Positions 9,210 to 19,319 of a stretch of DNA of 47,901 bases are shown here, one piece after another. Within the stretch, counting starts at the first letter, position 1; every line of letters begins with the position of its first letter. The DNA is from an uncultured Lachnospiraceae bacterium (lineage in GTDB: Bacteria; Bacillota; Clostridia; Oscillospirales; CAG-272), in assembly GCA_964514555.1 (NCBI GenBank), contig CAZERM010000004.1, positions 1 to 47,901 on the forward strand. The letters are read 5' to 3'. The notes beneath the pieces are model-generated. The model was not told the origin of the DNA. It made no database searches and worked only from the letters and a program-made list of their open reading frames with translations. The position numbers and the translations under genes are program-made.

Positions 9210-9824
9210 ATGGAGATCGTACTCGCATCAAACAACAAACACAAAGTAAAAGAGCTTGAATATTTTATAAACGAGATATTCCGCTCCAAAAACATGAACG
9301 ATGTAAAAGTGCTCACGCTTGCGGATATCGGTTTTACGGACGAGATCGTTGAGGACGGCGACACTTTCGAAGCCAATTCCCTTATAAAAGCAGGCACTAT
9401 TGCAAAAAAAGGTTATATCGCGGTTGCCGATGACTCAGGTCTTTGCGTTGACGCTCTCGGCGGAGAACCCGGCATATACTCTGCAAGATATGCGGGAGAA
9501 CCCTGCGATGACCATAAAAACAACGAGCTTCTTCTTTCCAAGATGGCAAACGTGCCCGAAGAAAAGAGAAGCGCACACTTCGTTTCCGTTATATCGGCTG
9601 TATTCCCCGACGGCAGAAGCATCACTGCGCGCGGCGAATGTCCGGGAACGATACTTTTCGATTACCGCGGTAACGGCGGCTTCGGTTACGATCCGCTCTT
9701 CTTTTACGAGCCTTTCGGCAAAACATATGCCGAGATGAACGCGGAAGAAAAGAACGCTATCAGCCACAGATCAAGAGCGATAAAGCTCTTCTCCGAAAAA
9801 TTTGCAGAAGAAATAACAAAATAA
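9210..9824 (+). CDS. rdgB: Non-canonical purine NTP pyrophosphatase (RdgB/HAM1 family)
   Basis: 204 aa. ASNNKHKVKE at the N-terminus and FGYDPLF ... ISHRSRA are typical of the Ham1 family. Confidence 0.9.
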   Translation: MEIVLASNNKHKVKELEYFINEIFRSKNMNDVKVLTLADIGFTDEIVEDGDTFEANSLIKAGTIAKKGYIAVADDSGLCVDALGGEPGIYSARYAGEPCDDHKNNELLLSKMANVPEEKRSAHFVSVISAVFPDGRSITARGECPGTILFDYRGNGGFGYDPLFFYEPFGKTYAEMNAEEKNAISHRSRAIKLFSEKFAEEITK

Positions 9825-9847
9825 TTTTAATTAAAAAGGAACAGAAT

Positions 9848-10237
9848 ATGCTTACAAGCAAACAGCGCGCGTACCTTCGCGGTCGCGCAAACGATTACGA
9901 CACAATATTTCAGGTTGGCAAGGGCGGCATCAACGAGAATATGCTCGAACAGATAGACAACGCTCTTGAAGCACGCGAACTTATCAAGCTTCGCACACTC
10001 GAAAACAGCGACTTTTTCGCAAAAGAAGCTGCAAACACCATTGCAGAAGAACTCGGTGCAGACGTTGTAAGCGTCGTTGGTTCTCGCTTCATTCTTTACA
10101 GAGAATCCAAAAAGAACAAAAAATTCGATATCGTAAACTTCTGCGAGATCGAAGAAGAAAAGAAACCTGTTAAGAAAAAACAGGTAAAACCCGCAATGAA
10201 GAGAAAGATCGCGAAAAAACTCGCAAGAAGAAAATAA
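9848..10237 (+). CDS. yhbY: YhbY-like CRM-domain RNA-binding protein
   Basis: LTSKQRAYLRGRAN ... FQVGKGGI ... ELIKL pattern, with a Lys-rich C-terminal tail. Confidence 0.85.
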   Translation: MLTSKQRAYLRGRANDYDTIFQVGKGGINENMLEQIDNALEARELIKLRTLENSDFFAKEAANTIAEELGADVVSVVGSRFILYRESKKNKKFDIVNFCEIEEEKKPVKKKQVKPAMKRKIAKKLARRK

Positions 10238-10285
10238 TCGCATCTTTAAATTTAATATGATAACAGCGAAGGGAGAGACCTATCG

Positions 10286-10885
10286 ATGAGAACGGGAATT
10301 TTCGGCGGAACATTTTCCCCGATACACAACGGTCATATAAAAGCGGCAAGATCTTTCTTGCGTGAGATGGACCTTGACGTGCTGTATGTCATCCCCGACA
10401 GGATACCGCCGCACAAGCAGATATCGGGCAACGACGACCCTTACCTCCGTTTGGAGATGGTAAAGCTCGCTTTCGAAGGCGAAGAAAAGGTGATCGTTTC
10501 CGATACGGAGCTTAAACGCGAGGGAAAAAGCTATACCGTTTATACATTGCCCGAATTTACGGGCAACGGCGAACTTTTCCTGCTTTGCGGAACGGATATG
10601 TTCGTAACATTCGACACGTGGTTCAGATTTGAGGATATATTTAAGATGTGTACCCTCGTTTTGATGAAGCGTAGCGCGACGGACTCCGAAACGGAAGCCT
10701 TGATAGAGGAAAAAAGAAAACTCTATACGGAGCGCTACGGCGCGAAAATAGAGATCATAGCGGAGGAACCGTTTGAGATATCTTCTTCCGAGATACGCGC
10801 GAAGATAGCGAACGGAGAGGATTATTCCGCTTATGTCCCCGAACGCATAAAAGACTTTATCGAGGAAAAGGGGCTTTACAGATGA
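10286..10885 (+). CDS. nadD: Nicotinate-nucleotide adenylyltransferase
   Basis: GGTFSPIHNGH nucleotidyltransferase motif and a C-terminal SSSEIR motif. Confidence 0.9.
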   Translation: MRTGIFGGTFSPIHNGHIKAARSFLREMDLDVLYVIPDRIPPHKQISGNDDPYLRLEMVKLAFEGEEKVIVSDTELKREGKSYTVYTLPEFTGNGELFLLCGTDMFVTFDTWFRFEDIFKMCTLVLMKRSATDSETEALIEEKRKLYTERYGAKIEIIAEEPFEISSSEIRAKIANGEDYSAYVPERIKDFIEEKGLYR

Positions 10886-11490
10886 CGAACGCAGAGTTTG
10901 AAAAGATAAAGCAGGATGTTTGCTCCCTCCAGGGCGAAAAGCGCTTCGCACATACTCTTGCGGTGGTAGATGAAGCGGAATATATCGGCAGAGCCTGTGG
11001 CTTTTCACAAGCCGAAACGGAAAAAGCAAAGCTTGCGGCGCTTTTGCACGATATAACGAAAAAATTTTCCGACGAAGAGCAGGCAGAGATGTTCAAAAAA
11101 TACGGCATAGATATCTTTTCCGCTCCCCCGACGATGCACGAAAAAACGGGCGCATATTTTGCGCGCGAAAAATACGGCAAGGAGATAGTCGATGACGAGA
11201 TATTCTCCGCCATATTCCATCACACCACGGGCGGAACGAACATGACCGAGCTTGACATGGTAATATTCATCGCCGACTATACGGAGGCGACAAGAAAGCC
11301 CGAAATATGCCGCAAGACAAGAGAATATCTTCACGCAGAATGTGAAAAACTTGATCATGACCGCGAAAAGGCAGATGCCCTTTTGAAGGATATCACTTTA
11401 AGGATTATCGGAAACACGCTTGAATTTTTAATGCGTGAAAAACAACGAATCGACATCAGAACGGTTGAAGCATGGAATTCGATGATTTGA
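10882..11490 (+). CDS. yqeK: HD-domain bis(5'-nucleosyl)-tetraphosphatase YqeK
   Basis: HD-domain residues (HTLAV ... LLHDITK). Its start overlaps the nadD stop codon (ATGA). The nadD-yqeK pairing is conserved. Confidence 0.85.
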   Translation: MTNAEFEKIKQDVCSLQGEKRFAHTLAVVDEAEYIGRACGFSQAETEKAKLAALLHDITKKFSDEEQAEMFKKYGIDIFSAPPTMHEKTGAYFAREKYGKEIVDDEIFSAIFHHTTGGTNMTELDMVIFIADYTEATRKPEICRKTREYLHAECEKLDHDREKADALLKDITLRIIGNTLEFLMREKQRIDIRTVEAWNSMI

Positions 11491-11506
11491 TCCAGAGGAG
11501 TTTATT

Positions 11507-12628
11507 TTGAACGATAACAGAAAAAGACCAAAGCAAGAAAAAGGCAGACCGATAGTGCTCATAATAGTGCTTTGCTTTATAGCATCGCTCGTGGCGCTTG
11601 CGGCGATATGTATGTCCGTGTTCAAGCCGAGCGTCAGCGTAACGCCGCCGTTTGACGGCACTATTCCCGGTATAGATGGGACGGGAGACGATATTTCAAC
11701 ATCGCAAACGGAAAACACGAGCGGCACTTACACGCGAAAAGACGGATATTATACATTTTTGATATGCGGAACGGACGTTGTTTCGCGCAATACCGATGTT
11801 ATGATGCTCGTTTCGCTCGATACTGTGAACGACGAGATAAATATCTTGCAGGTACCGAGAGATACGTTTATAAACCCTACGACTTCGGGCTATAACGTAA
11901 CGAGGATAAACGGAATATACACTTCCGCTTACGCTTCCGCGCCGTATACGGGAAAAACAAGACAAAAGATAGCCATGGATAAGCTCTGCACGGCGATGGA
12001 ATCTTCGCTCTGCATAACGATAGACCGCTATATGCTCATCGATATAGATGCCTTTGTCGGCATTATCGATGCTATAGGCGGAGTGGATTTCTATGTTCCC
12101 ATGGACATGGATTACGAGGACCCTGAACAGAACTTGTATATCCATCTCAAAGAGGGTATGCAGCACCTCGACGGCAACGCCGCAATGCAATTTGTGCGCT
12201 ACCGCACGGGATACGTCAGCGGAGATATCGGCAGAGTCGAGGCAAGAGAAGATTTCCTTAAGGCTGTATATAATAAAGTGCGCGAAAACCTCAGCGTTTC
12301 CGTTGTGATAGAGATCGCAAAACAGCTTTTCGACAGTTTCACGACGGATGCTTCAATAGAGGACTTGGTGTTCTTTGCAAATGCCGTTTACGGTATAAAC
12401 AGTGAAAACATGAATATCGGCACCATCTCGGGAAGCGCAGTGCAGAACCCTCAAACAGGCGTTTGGAGCTATTACGCGCTCAACAAAAACAAGGCGCTTG
12501 CCGACATAAACAGATATATGAACGCTTTCAACGAGAGCATTTCATACAGCATTTTTGACACAAATGCAATATTTACGGATGACCCCGACGGGGCGAATCC
12601 CTATATAAGCGAATATTATTACTCATAA
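11507..12628 (+). CDS. LCP family (LytR/CpsA/Psr) cell-envelope protein
   Basis: TTG start with an AGAGGAG RBS. N-terminal TM helix. LCP core pattern (ICGTDV..RNTDVMMLVSLD ... LQVPRDT ... RYRTG). Confidence 0.8.
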   Translation: MNDNRKRPKQEKGRPIVLIIVLCFIASLVALAAICMSVFKPSVSVTPPFDGTIPGIDGTGDDISTSQTENTSGTYTRKDGYYTFLICGTDVVSRNTDVMMLVSLDTVNDEINILQVPRDTFINPTTSGYNVTRINGIYTSAYASAPYTGKTRQKIAMDKLCTAMESSLCITIDRYMLIDIDAFVGIIDAIGGVDFYVPMDMDYEDPEQNLYIHLKEGMQHLDGNAAMQFVRYRTGYVSGDIGRVEAREDFLKAVYNKVRENLSVSVVIEIAKQLFDSFTTDASIEDLVFFANAVYGINSENMNIGTISGSAVQNPQTGVWSYYALNKNKALADINRYMNAFNESISYSIFDTNAIFTDDPDGANPYISEYYYS

Positions 12629-12640
12629 AGGAGATATAGC

Positions 12641-13039
12641 ATGGAAAACAACCAAAACATCGCAACAAACGAAAACGCAATGGATTCCCTTGCTCTCGCG
12701 CAGGAGATCGTTAAAGTTTTGGACGCAAACAAAGCGGGTCAGATCAAGCTTTTGCGCGTAAACGATCAGACTGTTATGACGGATTATTTCGTTATTTGCA
12801 CGGGTAACTCCAACACTCACATCAAGAGCCTTTGCGGAGAAGTTGAGTATAAGCTCGGCGAGCAGGGCGTACAGCCTTTGGGCACGGACGGATACGACTC
12901 CGGCATATGGATAGTTATGGATTACGAAAGCGTTATGGTTCACATTTTCAACCGCGAGCAGAGAGATTTCTTTAAGCTCGAAAAGCTTTGGGCGGACGCA
13001 GAAGACGTTTCTATCGAGAATATTGTTACAGAAAACTGA
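12641..13039 (+). CDS. rsfS: Ribosome silencing factor RsfS
   Basis: 132 aa with the DYFVICTGNSNTH pattern. It lies directly upstream of leuS, as in many Firmicutes. Confidence 0.85.
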   Translation: MENNQNIATNENAMDSLALAQEIVKVLDANKAGQIKLLRVNDQTVMTDYFVICTGNSNTHIKSLCGEVEYKLGEQGVQPLGTDGYDSGIWIVMDYESVMVHIFNREQRDFFKLEKLWADAEDVSIENIVTEN

Positions 13040-13079
13040 CGTTGAAATATAACGTTTTTTAATACCAAGGAGCATAAAA

Positions 13080-15482
13080 ATGAAATACGATTTTAAAAAC
13101 ATCGAGCAAAAATGGCAGGATGAATGGGAAAAGCAGGGCATTTTCCACGCATCCGAAGACCATACCAAGCCGAAATTCTATGGCTTGGTAGAATTCCCTT
13201 ACCCCAGCGGCGCCGGTATGCACGTTGGTCATATCAAGGCATATTCCGGCCTTGAAGTAGTTTCCCGTAAAAGACGTATGCAGGGCTACAATGTCCTTTT
13301 CCCCATGGGTTTTGACGCATACGGCTTGCCCACGGAAAACTCCGCTATCAAATTCAACACACACCCTCGTATACTTACAGACAGAAACATCGAAAAGTTC
13401 ACAAGCCAGCTTAAAAGAGTAGGCTTCTCCTTCGACTGGACGAGAGTTATCGACACGACAGACGAAAAATATTACAAATGGACACAGTGGATCTTTCGCA
13501 AGATGTTCGACAAGGGTCTTGTTTTCCGCGCAACAACGCTCGTAAACTATTGCCCCAACTGTAAAGTGGTTCTTTCCAACGAGGACTCCCAGGGTGGTAA
13601 ATGCGATATCTGCCACGGCGATGTTGTTCAGAAATCGAAGGACGTTTGGTACCTCCGCATTACAGAATATGCGGATAAGCTCCTCCAGGGTCTTAACAAG
13701 GTAGATTATCTTCCCAATGTTAAGCTTCAGCAGGAAAACTGGATCGGTCGTTCCGAGGGCGCATTTGCGGACTTCAAGCTTACTAACTGCGACGAATCCC
13801 TCCGCATCTACACAACACGTTGCGACACTATGTTCGGCGTAACATTCATGGTAATCGCTCCCGAACACCCCATCATCGAAAAATACAAAGACAAGATCAA
13901 TAACATGGCAGAGCTTGAAGCTTACAAAGCAGAATGTGCAAAGAAGACAGAATTTGAACGCACACAGCTCGTTAAAGACAAAACAGGCGTAAGGATCGAC
14001 GGTATCGCGGCTATCAACCCCGCAAACGGCAAAGAGATCCCAATCTACATTTCCGACTACGTTATGATGGGCTACGGTACAGGCGCTATCATGGCGGTTC
14101 CCGCACACGACGAACGCGACTATGACTTTGCAAAGAAATTCGGCATCGACATCATCGAAGTTATCAAGGGCGGCGACGTTTCCAAGGAAGCTTACACAGG
14201 CGACGGCGAAATGGTCAACTCCGAATTCCTCAACGGTATCAAGACAAAGAAAGAAGCCATCGACAAGATGCTCGCTTACCTTGCCGAAAAGGGAATCGGC
14301 GAAAAGGGCGTACAGTACAAGATGAAAGACTGGGCGTTCAACCGTCAGAGATATTGGGGCGAACCCATTCCGATCGTTCATTGCCCGACTTGCGGCATGG
14401 TAGGCGTACCCTATGAAGAGCTTCCGCTCAGATTGCCCGATATGGAAAACTTCGTTCCCGGCGAAGGCGGCGAAAGCCCCCTTGCAAAGGTAGAATCTTT
14501 TGTAAACTGCACTTGCCCGAAATGCGGCGGCGCGGCTAAACGCGAAACAGACACTATGCCTCAGTGGGCAGGTTCTTCCTGGTACTTCCTCCGTTACTGC
14601 GACCCGCACAACGACGAAGCATTTGCAGATCAGGAAAAGCTCAAATATTGGCTCCCCGTTGACTGGTACAACGGCGGTATGGAACACGTAACACGCCACT
14701 TGATCTACTCTCGTTTCTGGCACCACTTCCTCTATGACATCGGCGAAGTTCCCGTTGACGAACCTTACGCAAAACGTACGGCGCAGGGTCTTATCCTCGG
14801 ACCTGACGGTGAAAAGATGAGTAAATCCAAGGGTAATGTTGTTGACCCCAACGACGTTGTTGACGAATACGGCGCAGACGTTTTGCGTGTATACATCCTC
14901 TTCATGGGCGACTACGGCTCCGCAGCACCGTGGAGCGACAGCAGCGTTAAGGGTTGCAAGAGATTCCTTGACAGAGTTGCAGGTCTTACAGACATCGCAA
15001 GCGGCACAGGTTCCACACCCAAGCTCGAAAGCGCATTCCACAAGACGATAAAGAAAGTTTCCCAGGATATCGAAGAAATGAAGTTCAACACAGCTATCGC
15101 TGCTATGATGGCGCTTCTCAACGATATCTACGCGGAAGGCAAACTCACGGTAGACGAGCTTAAAACATTCATCACGATACTCAACCCCTTCGCTCCTCAT
15201 ATCACGGAAGAGATCTGGCACGAGCTTGGCGAAACAACACTCCTTTCCGTTTCTCCTTGGCCCGAATATGACGAATCCAAGACAGTTGATGCAACAGTAA
15301 CGATCGCAGTACAGATCTGCGGCAAGACTCGCGGTACTGTTGAAGTTCCCAACAATGCAGAGCAGGATGTTGCTGCCGACATCGTTATGAACGACGAAAA
15401 GATCAAACCTTTCATTGAAGGCAAGAATATCGTAAAAGAGATCTACGTTAAAAACAAGATCTATAATATCATTGCAAAATAA
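13080..15482 (+). CDS. leuS: Leucine--tRNA ligase
   Basis: 800 aa with class I motifs HVGH and KMSKS, plus zinc-binding CPNC/CDIC in the CP1 region. Confidence 0.97.
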   Translation: MKYDFKNIEQKWQDEWEKQGIFHASEDHTKPKFYGLVEFPYPSGAGMHVGHIKAYSGLEVVSRKRRMQGYNVLFPMGFDAYGLPTENSAIKFNTHPRILTDRNIEKFTSQLKRVGFSFDWTRVIDTTDEKYYKWTQWIFRKMFDKGLVFRATTLVNYCPNCKVVLSNEDSQGGKCDICHGDVVQKSKDVWYLRITEYADKLLQGLNKVDYLPNVKLQQENWIGRSEGAFADFKLTNCDESLRIYTTRCDTMFGVTFMVIAPEHPIIEKYKDKINNMAELEAYKAECAKKTEFERTQLVKDKTGVRIDGIAAINPANGKEIPIYISDYVMMGYGTGAIMAVPAHDERDYDFAKKFGIDIIEVIKGGDVSKEAYTGDGEMVNSEFLNGIKTKKEAIDKMLAYLAEKGIGEKGVQYKMKDWAFNRQRYWGEPIPIVHCPTCGMVGVPYEELPLRLPDMENFVPGEGGESPLAKVESFVNCTCPKCGGAAKRETDTMPQWAGSSWYFLRYCDPHNDEAFADQEKLKYWLPVDWYNGGMEHVTRHLIYSRFWHHFLYDIGEVPVDEPYAKRTAQGLILGPDGEKMSKSKGNVVDPNDVVDEYGADVLRVYILFMGDYGSAAPWSDSSVKGCKRFLDRVAGLTDIASGTGSTPKLESAFHKTIKKVSQDIEEMKFNTAIAAMMALLNDIYAEGKLTVDELKTFITILNPFAPHITEEIWHELGETTLLSVSPWPEYDESKTVDATVTIAVQICGKTRGTVEVPNNAEQDVAADIVMNDEKIKPFIEGKNIVKEIYVKNKIYNIIAK

Positions 15483-15483
15483 T

Positions 15484-15554
15484 CGTTTTTTCACGTGCGA
15501 AAAAACGTATGTGAGGGAAATATCGGCGGCTTTTCGCCCCGATATTCCGCCTCA
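15484..15554 (+). terminator. Two hairpins downstream of leuS (probable terminator region)
   Basis: CGTTTTTT..AAAAAACG, then a long imperfect hairpin TGAGGGAAATATCGGCGGC-TTTT-CGCCCCGATATTCCGCCTCA. Neither is followed by a clean T-tail. Confidence 0.35.
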
Positions 15555-15677
15555 TGAAAAAAATATGTCAAGGCTTGTTTTTTTGCGCGGAAGACACGAA
15601 GTTTACTTTGCGAAAAAGCCGAAGGCTTATTTAAACTAAAATATTTCTTCTTTTTTTATGAAAAATATAAAAAAATG

Positions 15678-15706
15678 TTGACAAATCCTTGACATTACGG
15701 TATAAT
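15678..15706 (+). promoter_or_regulatory. Sigma-A-type promoter for yceD-rpmF
   Basis: TTGACA, 17-bp spacer, TATAAT (perfect consensus hexamers). Confidence 0.55.
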
Positions 15707-15760
15707 TTTAGAAGCGTATTATAATAATGCGTTGTATGTTGTTTTGCGAGGGAGCATTTT

Positions 15761-16267
15761 ATGAAACTTGATATGCAGCCGATACTTTGCGGCGAAAAAA
15801 GCAAGATCGAATTTGATTTTGAAACGGTGCCGGAAGAAGAAGCGGTTCTTTCTGAACTCTTCCCGGATGTAAAATTTCATACCCCTGTTTCCGTTAAGGG
15901 AAACGTAAAGAATATGTCGGGATATATGATCCTTACGGTTGATTCCGACCTCTTGTTTACGGCGGATTGTGCCAGATGCACAAAACCGGTAGACGGTAAA
16001 ATTTCGTTGAACTTCGAAAGAGAGATCGCAGGAAGCGATACCTCTCGCGACAACGATGATTATATCTTTATCGAAGATAAAAAACTCGATATTTTCGAGC
16101 CGTTGACAGAGCAGATCCTTTTGGATATGCCTTCAAAAGCTCTTTGTTCCGAAGACTGCAAGGGTCTTTGCCCCAAATGCGGTAAGAATCTGAACGAAGG
16201 CGAGTGCGGTTGCCCTACAAAGGAAATAGACCCCAGACTCGAAATTTTAAAAACTTTATTAAAATAA
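15761..16267 (+). CDS. yceD: YceD/DUF177 family protein
   Basis: 168 aa with a C-terminal Cys cluster (CSEDCKGLCPKCGKNLNEGECGC). It lies immediately upstream of rpmF, the conserved partner. Confidence 0.85.
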   Translation: MKLDMQPILCGEKSKIEFDFETVPEEEAVLSELFPDVKFHTPVSVKGNVKNMSGYMILTVDSDLLFTADCARCTKPVDGKISLNFEREIAGSDTSRDNDDYIFIEDKKLDIFEPLTEQILLDMPSKALCSEDCKGLCPKCGKNLNEGECGCPTKEIDPRLEILKTLLK

Positions 16268-16303
16268 TTGAAACTTTTACTTATTCAAGGAGGTTAGATA
16301 ACA

Positions 16304-16486
16304 ATGGCAGTACCGAAGAAAAAAGTCTCTAAGGCAAGAAGAGATAAAAGACGTTCCAATGTTTGGAAACTCGATCTTCCCGGCATGACAAAGTGCCCCA
16401 AATGCGGTGAATACAACCTTTCACACAGAGTATGCAAGAATTGCGGCACATACGACGGCAAAGAGATCGTTAAGCACGACGCTTAA
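16304..16486 (+). CDS. rpmF: 50S ribosomal protein L32
   Basis: [18 protein letters not shown]-terminus and a CxxC..CxxC zinc ribbon. AGGAGG RBS. Confidence 0.95.
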   Translation: MAVPKKKVSKARRDKRRSNVWKLDLPGMTKCPKCGEYNLSHRVCKNCGTYDGKEIVKHDA

Positions 16487-16515
16487 TCGAGCGAAAACAG
16501 CTTAAAACAAACGGG

Positions 16516-16546
16516 GTAGGTATGCTCGGCTCTCGGGCATACCTAC
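16516..16546 (+). terminator. Hairpin after rpmF
   Basis: GTAGGTATGC..GCATACCTAC forms a 10-bp stem. The T-tract after it is weak (AATTCATTT). Confidence 0.4.
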
Positions 16547-16570
16547 AATTCATTTAAAGGGTATTTTTTT

Positions 16571-17869
16571 ATGGTTTGTATAAAGGAGATAGAACGTTTT
16601 TCTCATGCGGAGAAAGCAAAGCTTTTGCCCGGAGACAAGATAATATCCATCAACGGAAACGAGATCAAAGACGTTCTTGACTACAGATATTATATTTGCG
16701 AAAAGAAGCTTTCCGTGGTTATCGACAGAAACGGAGAGGAAAAAACTTTTATCATCAAAAAAGGGGAGTATGACGACCTCGGCTTGGAATTTGAAACATT
16801 CCTTATGGACCAGAAGCATTCCTGCCGTAACAAATGTATCTTCTGCTTTATAGACCAGCTTCCCAAGGGTATGCGCGATACGCTCTATTTCAAGGATGAT
16901 GACAGCCGACTTTCCTTTTTGCAGGGCAACTATATCACTCTTACGAACATGAAAGAAGAGGATATAGACAGGATCATCAAGATGCGTATGTCGCCGATAA
17001 ATATTTCCGTGCATACCACAGACCCCGACCTTCGCGTTAAGATGCTCAAAAATCCGCGCTCGGGCGAGGTGCTTACCTATATCAAGAAGCTTGCCGACGC
17101 GGGCATCGAGATAAACGCCCAGATAGTTCTTTGCAAGGGCGTAAACGACGGAGAAAACCTTGAGCGCACCATGCACGACCTCGCCTGCCTTTATCCGCAG
17201 GTATTCAGCGTTTCCATCGTTCCGGCAGGACTTACAAAGTTCCGCGACGGACTTTATCCACTCACACCGTTTACGAAGGAAGAAAGCGCAGCTGTCGTAG
17301 CGCAGGTAGAAGCTTTTGCAGCCGCCTGCAAAAAAGCGCTCGGCTCGTCCATATTCTATTGCGGAGACGAGCTTTATTTGGAAGCAGGACTTCCGCTTCC
17401 CGACGGCGATTATTACGAAGGCTTCCGCCAGATAGAAAACGGTGTCGGCATGATAGCCTCTATGCGTGAAGAGCTTGAAAGCGCTCTTGCGAACGAGGAT
17501 GGCGACGACAGGGAAGTTTCGCTCTCCATGGCTACGGGACACGCCGCATATGAATTTATTTGCGAATGTGCAAACAAGATAATGGCGAAGTTCCCCAAAA
17601 TAAAGATCAATGTTTATGAGATAATCAATAACTTTTTCGGATCCACGGTTACCGTTGCCGGGCTTGTTACGGGCAAGGACCTTGCCGAACAGCTCAAGGG
17701 CAAGGAGCTTTACGGAAAGCTTTTGCTTCCCTCCAATATGCTCCGCCACGGCGGCGACCTTTTCCTTTGCGGAAAGAGCAAAGAGGAACTTGAGGAAGAG
17801 CTCGGCGTAAAGATAATCCTTTGCGAAAACGACGGCTTTGACTTTTTGGACAAGGTTATTGAGGCTTGA
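16571..17869 (+). CDS. DUF512-type radical SAM protein with N-terminal PDZ domain
   Basis: PDZ-like GDKIISINGNEI, then CRNKCIFC (CxxxCxxC). It lies upstream of der, as in many Clostridia. Confidence 0.8.
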   Translation: MVCIKEIERFSHAEKAKLLPGDKIISINGNEIKDVLDYRYYICEKKLSVVIDRNGEEKTFIIKKGEYDDLGLEFETFLMDQKHSCRNKCIFCFIDQLPKGMRDTLYFKDDDSRLSFLQGNYITLTNMKEEDIDRIIKMRMSPINISVHTTDPDLRVKMLKNPRSGEVLTYIKKLADAGIEINAQIVLCKGVNDGENLERTMHDLACLYPQVFSVSIVPAGLTKFRDGLYPLTPFTKEESAAVVAQVEAFAAACKKALGSSIFYCGDELYLEAGLPLPDGDYYEGFRQIENGVGMIASMREELESALANEDGDDREVSLSMATGHAAYEFICECANKIMAKFPKIKINVYEIINNFFGSTVTVAGLVTGKDLAEQLKGKELYGKLLLPSNMLRHGGDLFLCGKSKEELEEELGVKIILCENDGFDFLDKVIEA

Positions 17870-17969
17870 TGATATAAATATAAATATTTGCGCCGAATAT
17901 ATACGGTGCATCATATAAAAGTTTTTGCTTTGCTTTTTTGCAAAAAGCAAAGAGAAAGGAAGTAATATA

Positions 17970-19304
17970 ATGGCAAAAACTGTTGCAGCGATAGTTGGCC
18001 GCCCCAACGTGGGCAAAAGCACATTCTTTAACAAGATAGCAGGCTCCAGAGTTTCCATTGTGGACAACGTACCCGGCGTTACCCGCGACCGCATATACCA
18101 CGAGACCGAATGGAACGGCAAACCTATCGTTCTTATCGACACGGGCGGTATAGAGCCCAAAACCGACAGCGTTATACTTGAGAAAATGAAGCTCCAAGCA
18201 GAGATCGCGATTGACACAGCCGACGTTATAGTGTTCCTTTGCGATATTGACGCGGGTGTTACGGCGGACGACAGAGAGATCGCCCAGATGCTCAAGAGAA
18301 GCAAAAAACCGATAATCCTCGGCGTAAACAAGATAGACTCCGTCGGCGACCTTCCGCTCGGTTTCTATGAATTTTATGAGCTTGGCTTGGACGACCCCAT
18401 TGCCGTATCCTCCGTTCACGGTACGGGTACGGGCGATATCCTCGACAAGATACTCGAGCTTTCCCCCACAAAGGACGAACCCGACGAAGAGGCTGACGAC
18501 AGCATCAAGATAGCTGTTATCGGTAAGCCTAACGCAGGTAAAAGCTCCATTGTAAACAAGTTCTTGGGCGAAGACAGAATGATCGTTTCCGATATTGCGG
18601 GTACTACGCGCGACGCGATAGACAACCACCTCGAAAACGAATACGGCAAATTCACCCTTATCGACACGGCAGGTATGCGCCGCAAGAGCAAAGTTATCGA
18701 TAAGATCGAAAAATACAGCGTTATCCGCGCTCACGAGGCAGTGGAACGCGCCGATGTTTGCCTTATCATGATAGACGGTAACGAAGGTATCACAGAGCAG
18801 GACGAAAAGATAGCAGGTATCGCTCACGAATCGGGCAAAGCTTCTATCATTGTCGTTAACAAATGGGATATCGTCGAAAAAGATAACTCCACCGTTAAAA
18901 AGTTCACGGATGATATCCGCGATGCTCTCTCTTTCATGCCTTACGCACCGATAGTTTTCGTTTCCGCAAAGACAGGTCAGCGACTCAACAAGATATTTGA
19001 AGCTGTCGTTGCCGTTGCAAACGAAAACGCAAAACGTGTTACAACAGGTATGCTCAACGACGTGTTGGCGGACGCGCAGACTCGTGTTCAGCCCCCCACG
19101 GACAGAGGCAAGAGACTCAAGATATACTACATGACGCAGTCCGGCATAAAGCCGCCTACATTCGTTTACTTTGTAAACAACGCAGAGCTTTTCCACTTCT
19201 CTTACCAGAGATATTTGGAAAACAAGCTTCGCGAAGCATTCGGCTTTAACGGTACGCCTATCAGATTTATCATACGTCAGAAGGGCGACGATAACAAAGA
19301 TTAA
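17970..19304 (+). CDS. der: Ribosome-associated GTPase Der (EngA)
   Basis: Tandem G-domains (GRPNVGKS/DTGG and GKPNAGKS/DTAG) and a KH-like C-terminus. Start placed at Met16 of the track ORF, which has a GAAAGGAAG RBS. Confidence 0.95.
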   Translation: MAKTVAAIVGRPNVGKSTFFNKIAGSRVSIVDNVPGVTRDRIYHETEWNGKPIVLIDTGGIEPKTDSVILEKMKLQAEIAIDTADVIVFLCDIDAGVTADDREIAQMLKRSKKPIILGVNKIDSVGDLPLGFYEFYELGLDDPIAVSSVHGTGTGDILDKILELSPTKDEPDEEADDSIKIAVIGKPNAGKSSIVNKFLGEDRMIVSDIAGTTRDAIDNHLENEYGKFTLIDTAGMRRKSKVIDKIEKYSVIRAHEAVERADVCLIMIDGNEGITEQDEKIAGIAHESGKASIIVVNKWDIVEKDNSTVKKFTDDIRDALSFMPYAPIVFVSAKTGQRLNKIFEAVVAVANENAKRVTTGMLNDVLADAQTRVQPPTDRGKRLKIYYMTQSGIKPPTFVYFVNNAELFHFSYQRYLENKLREAFGFNGTPIRFIIRQKGDDNKD

Positions 19305-19319
19305 AAGGGAGATTGCAAT

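Noticed and set aside
13040-13079. T-box leaders expected upstream of leuS and proS (20398-20588), as in many Firmicutes.
   Set aside because: The spacers are too short (40 nt before leuS; about 40 nt from promoter to the proS start) and contain no specifier/T-box sequence. The 20421-20500 hairpins are rpsT terminators.
13059-15494. An 811-aa ORF on the minus strand covering the whole of leuS. Similar very long antisense ORFs lie opposite smc (6848-8200), DUF512/der (16550-18331, 17856-19196), proS (20958-22493), the kinase (29596-30900), the GH28-like gene (34699-35772), the protease (38465-40153), recO/era (40643-42208) and phoH (42800-43720).
   Set aside because: Their translations are low-complexity (rich in F, C, V, A, R), have no RBS-linked starts and carry no recognisable motifs, while the sense strands encode textbook proteins. 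The genome rarely uses codons whose reverse complement is a stop codon (TTA, CTA, TCA), which keeps one antisense frame open. This is a codon-usage artefact, not overlapping genes.
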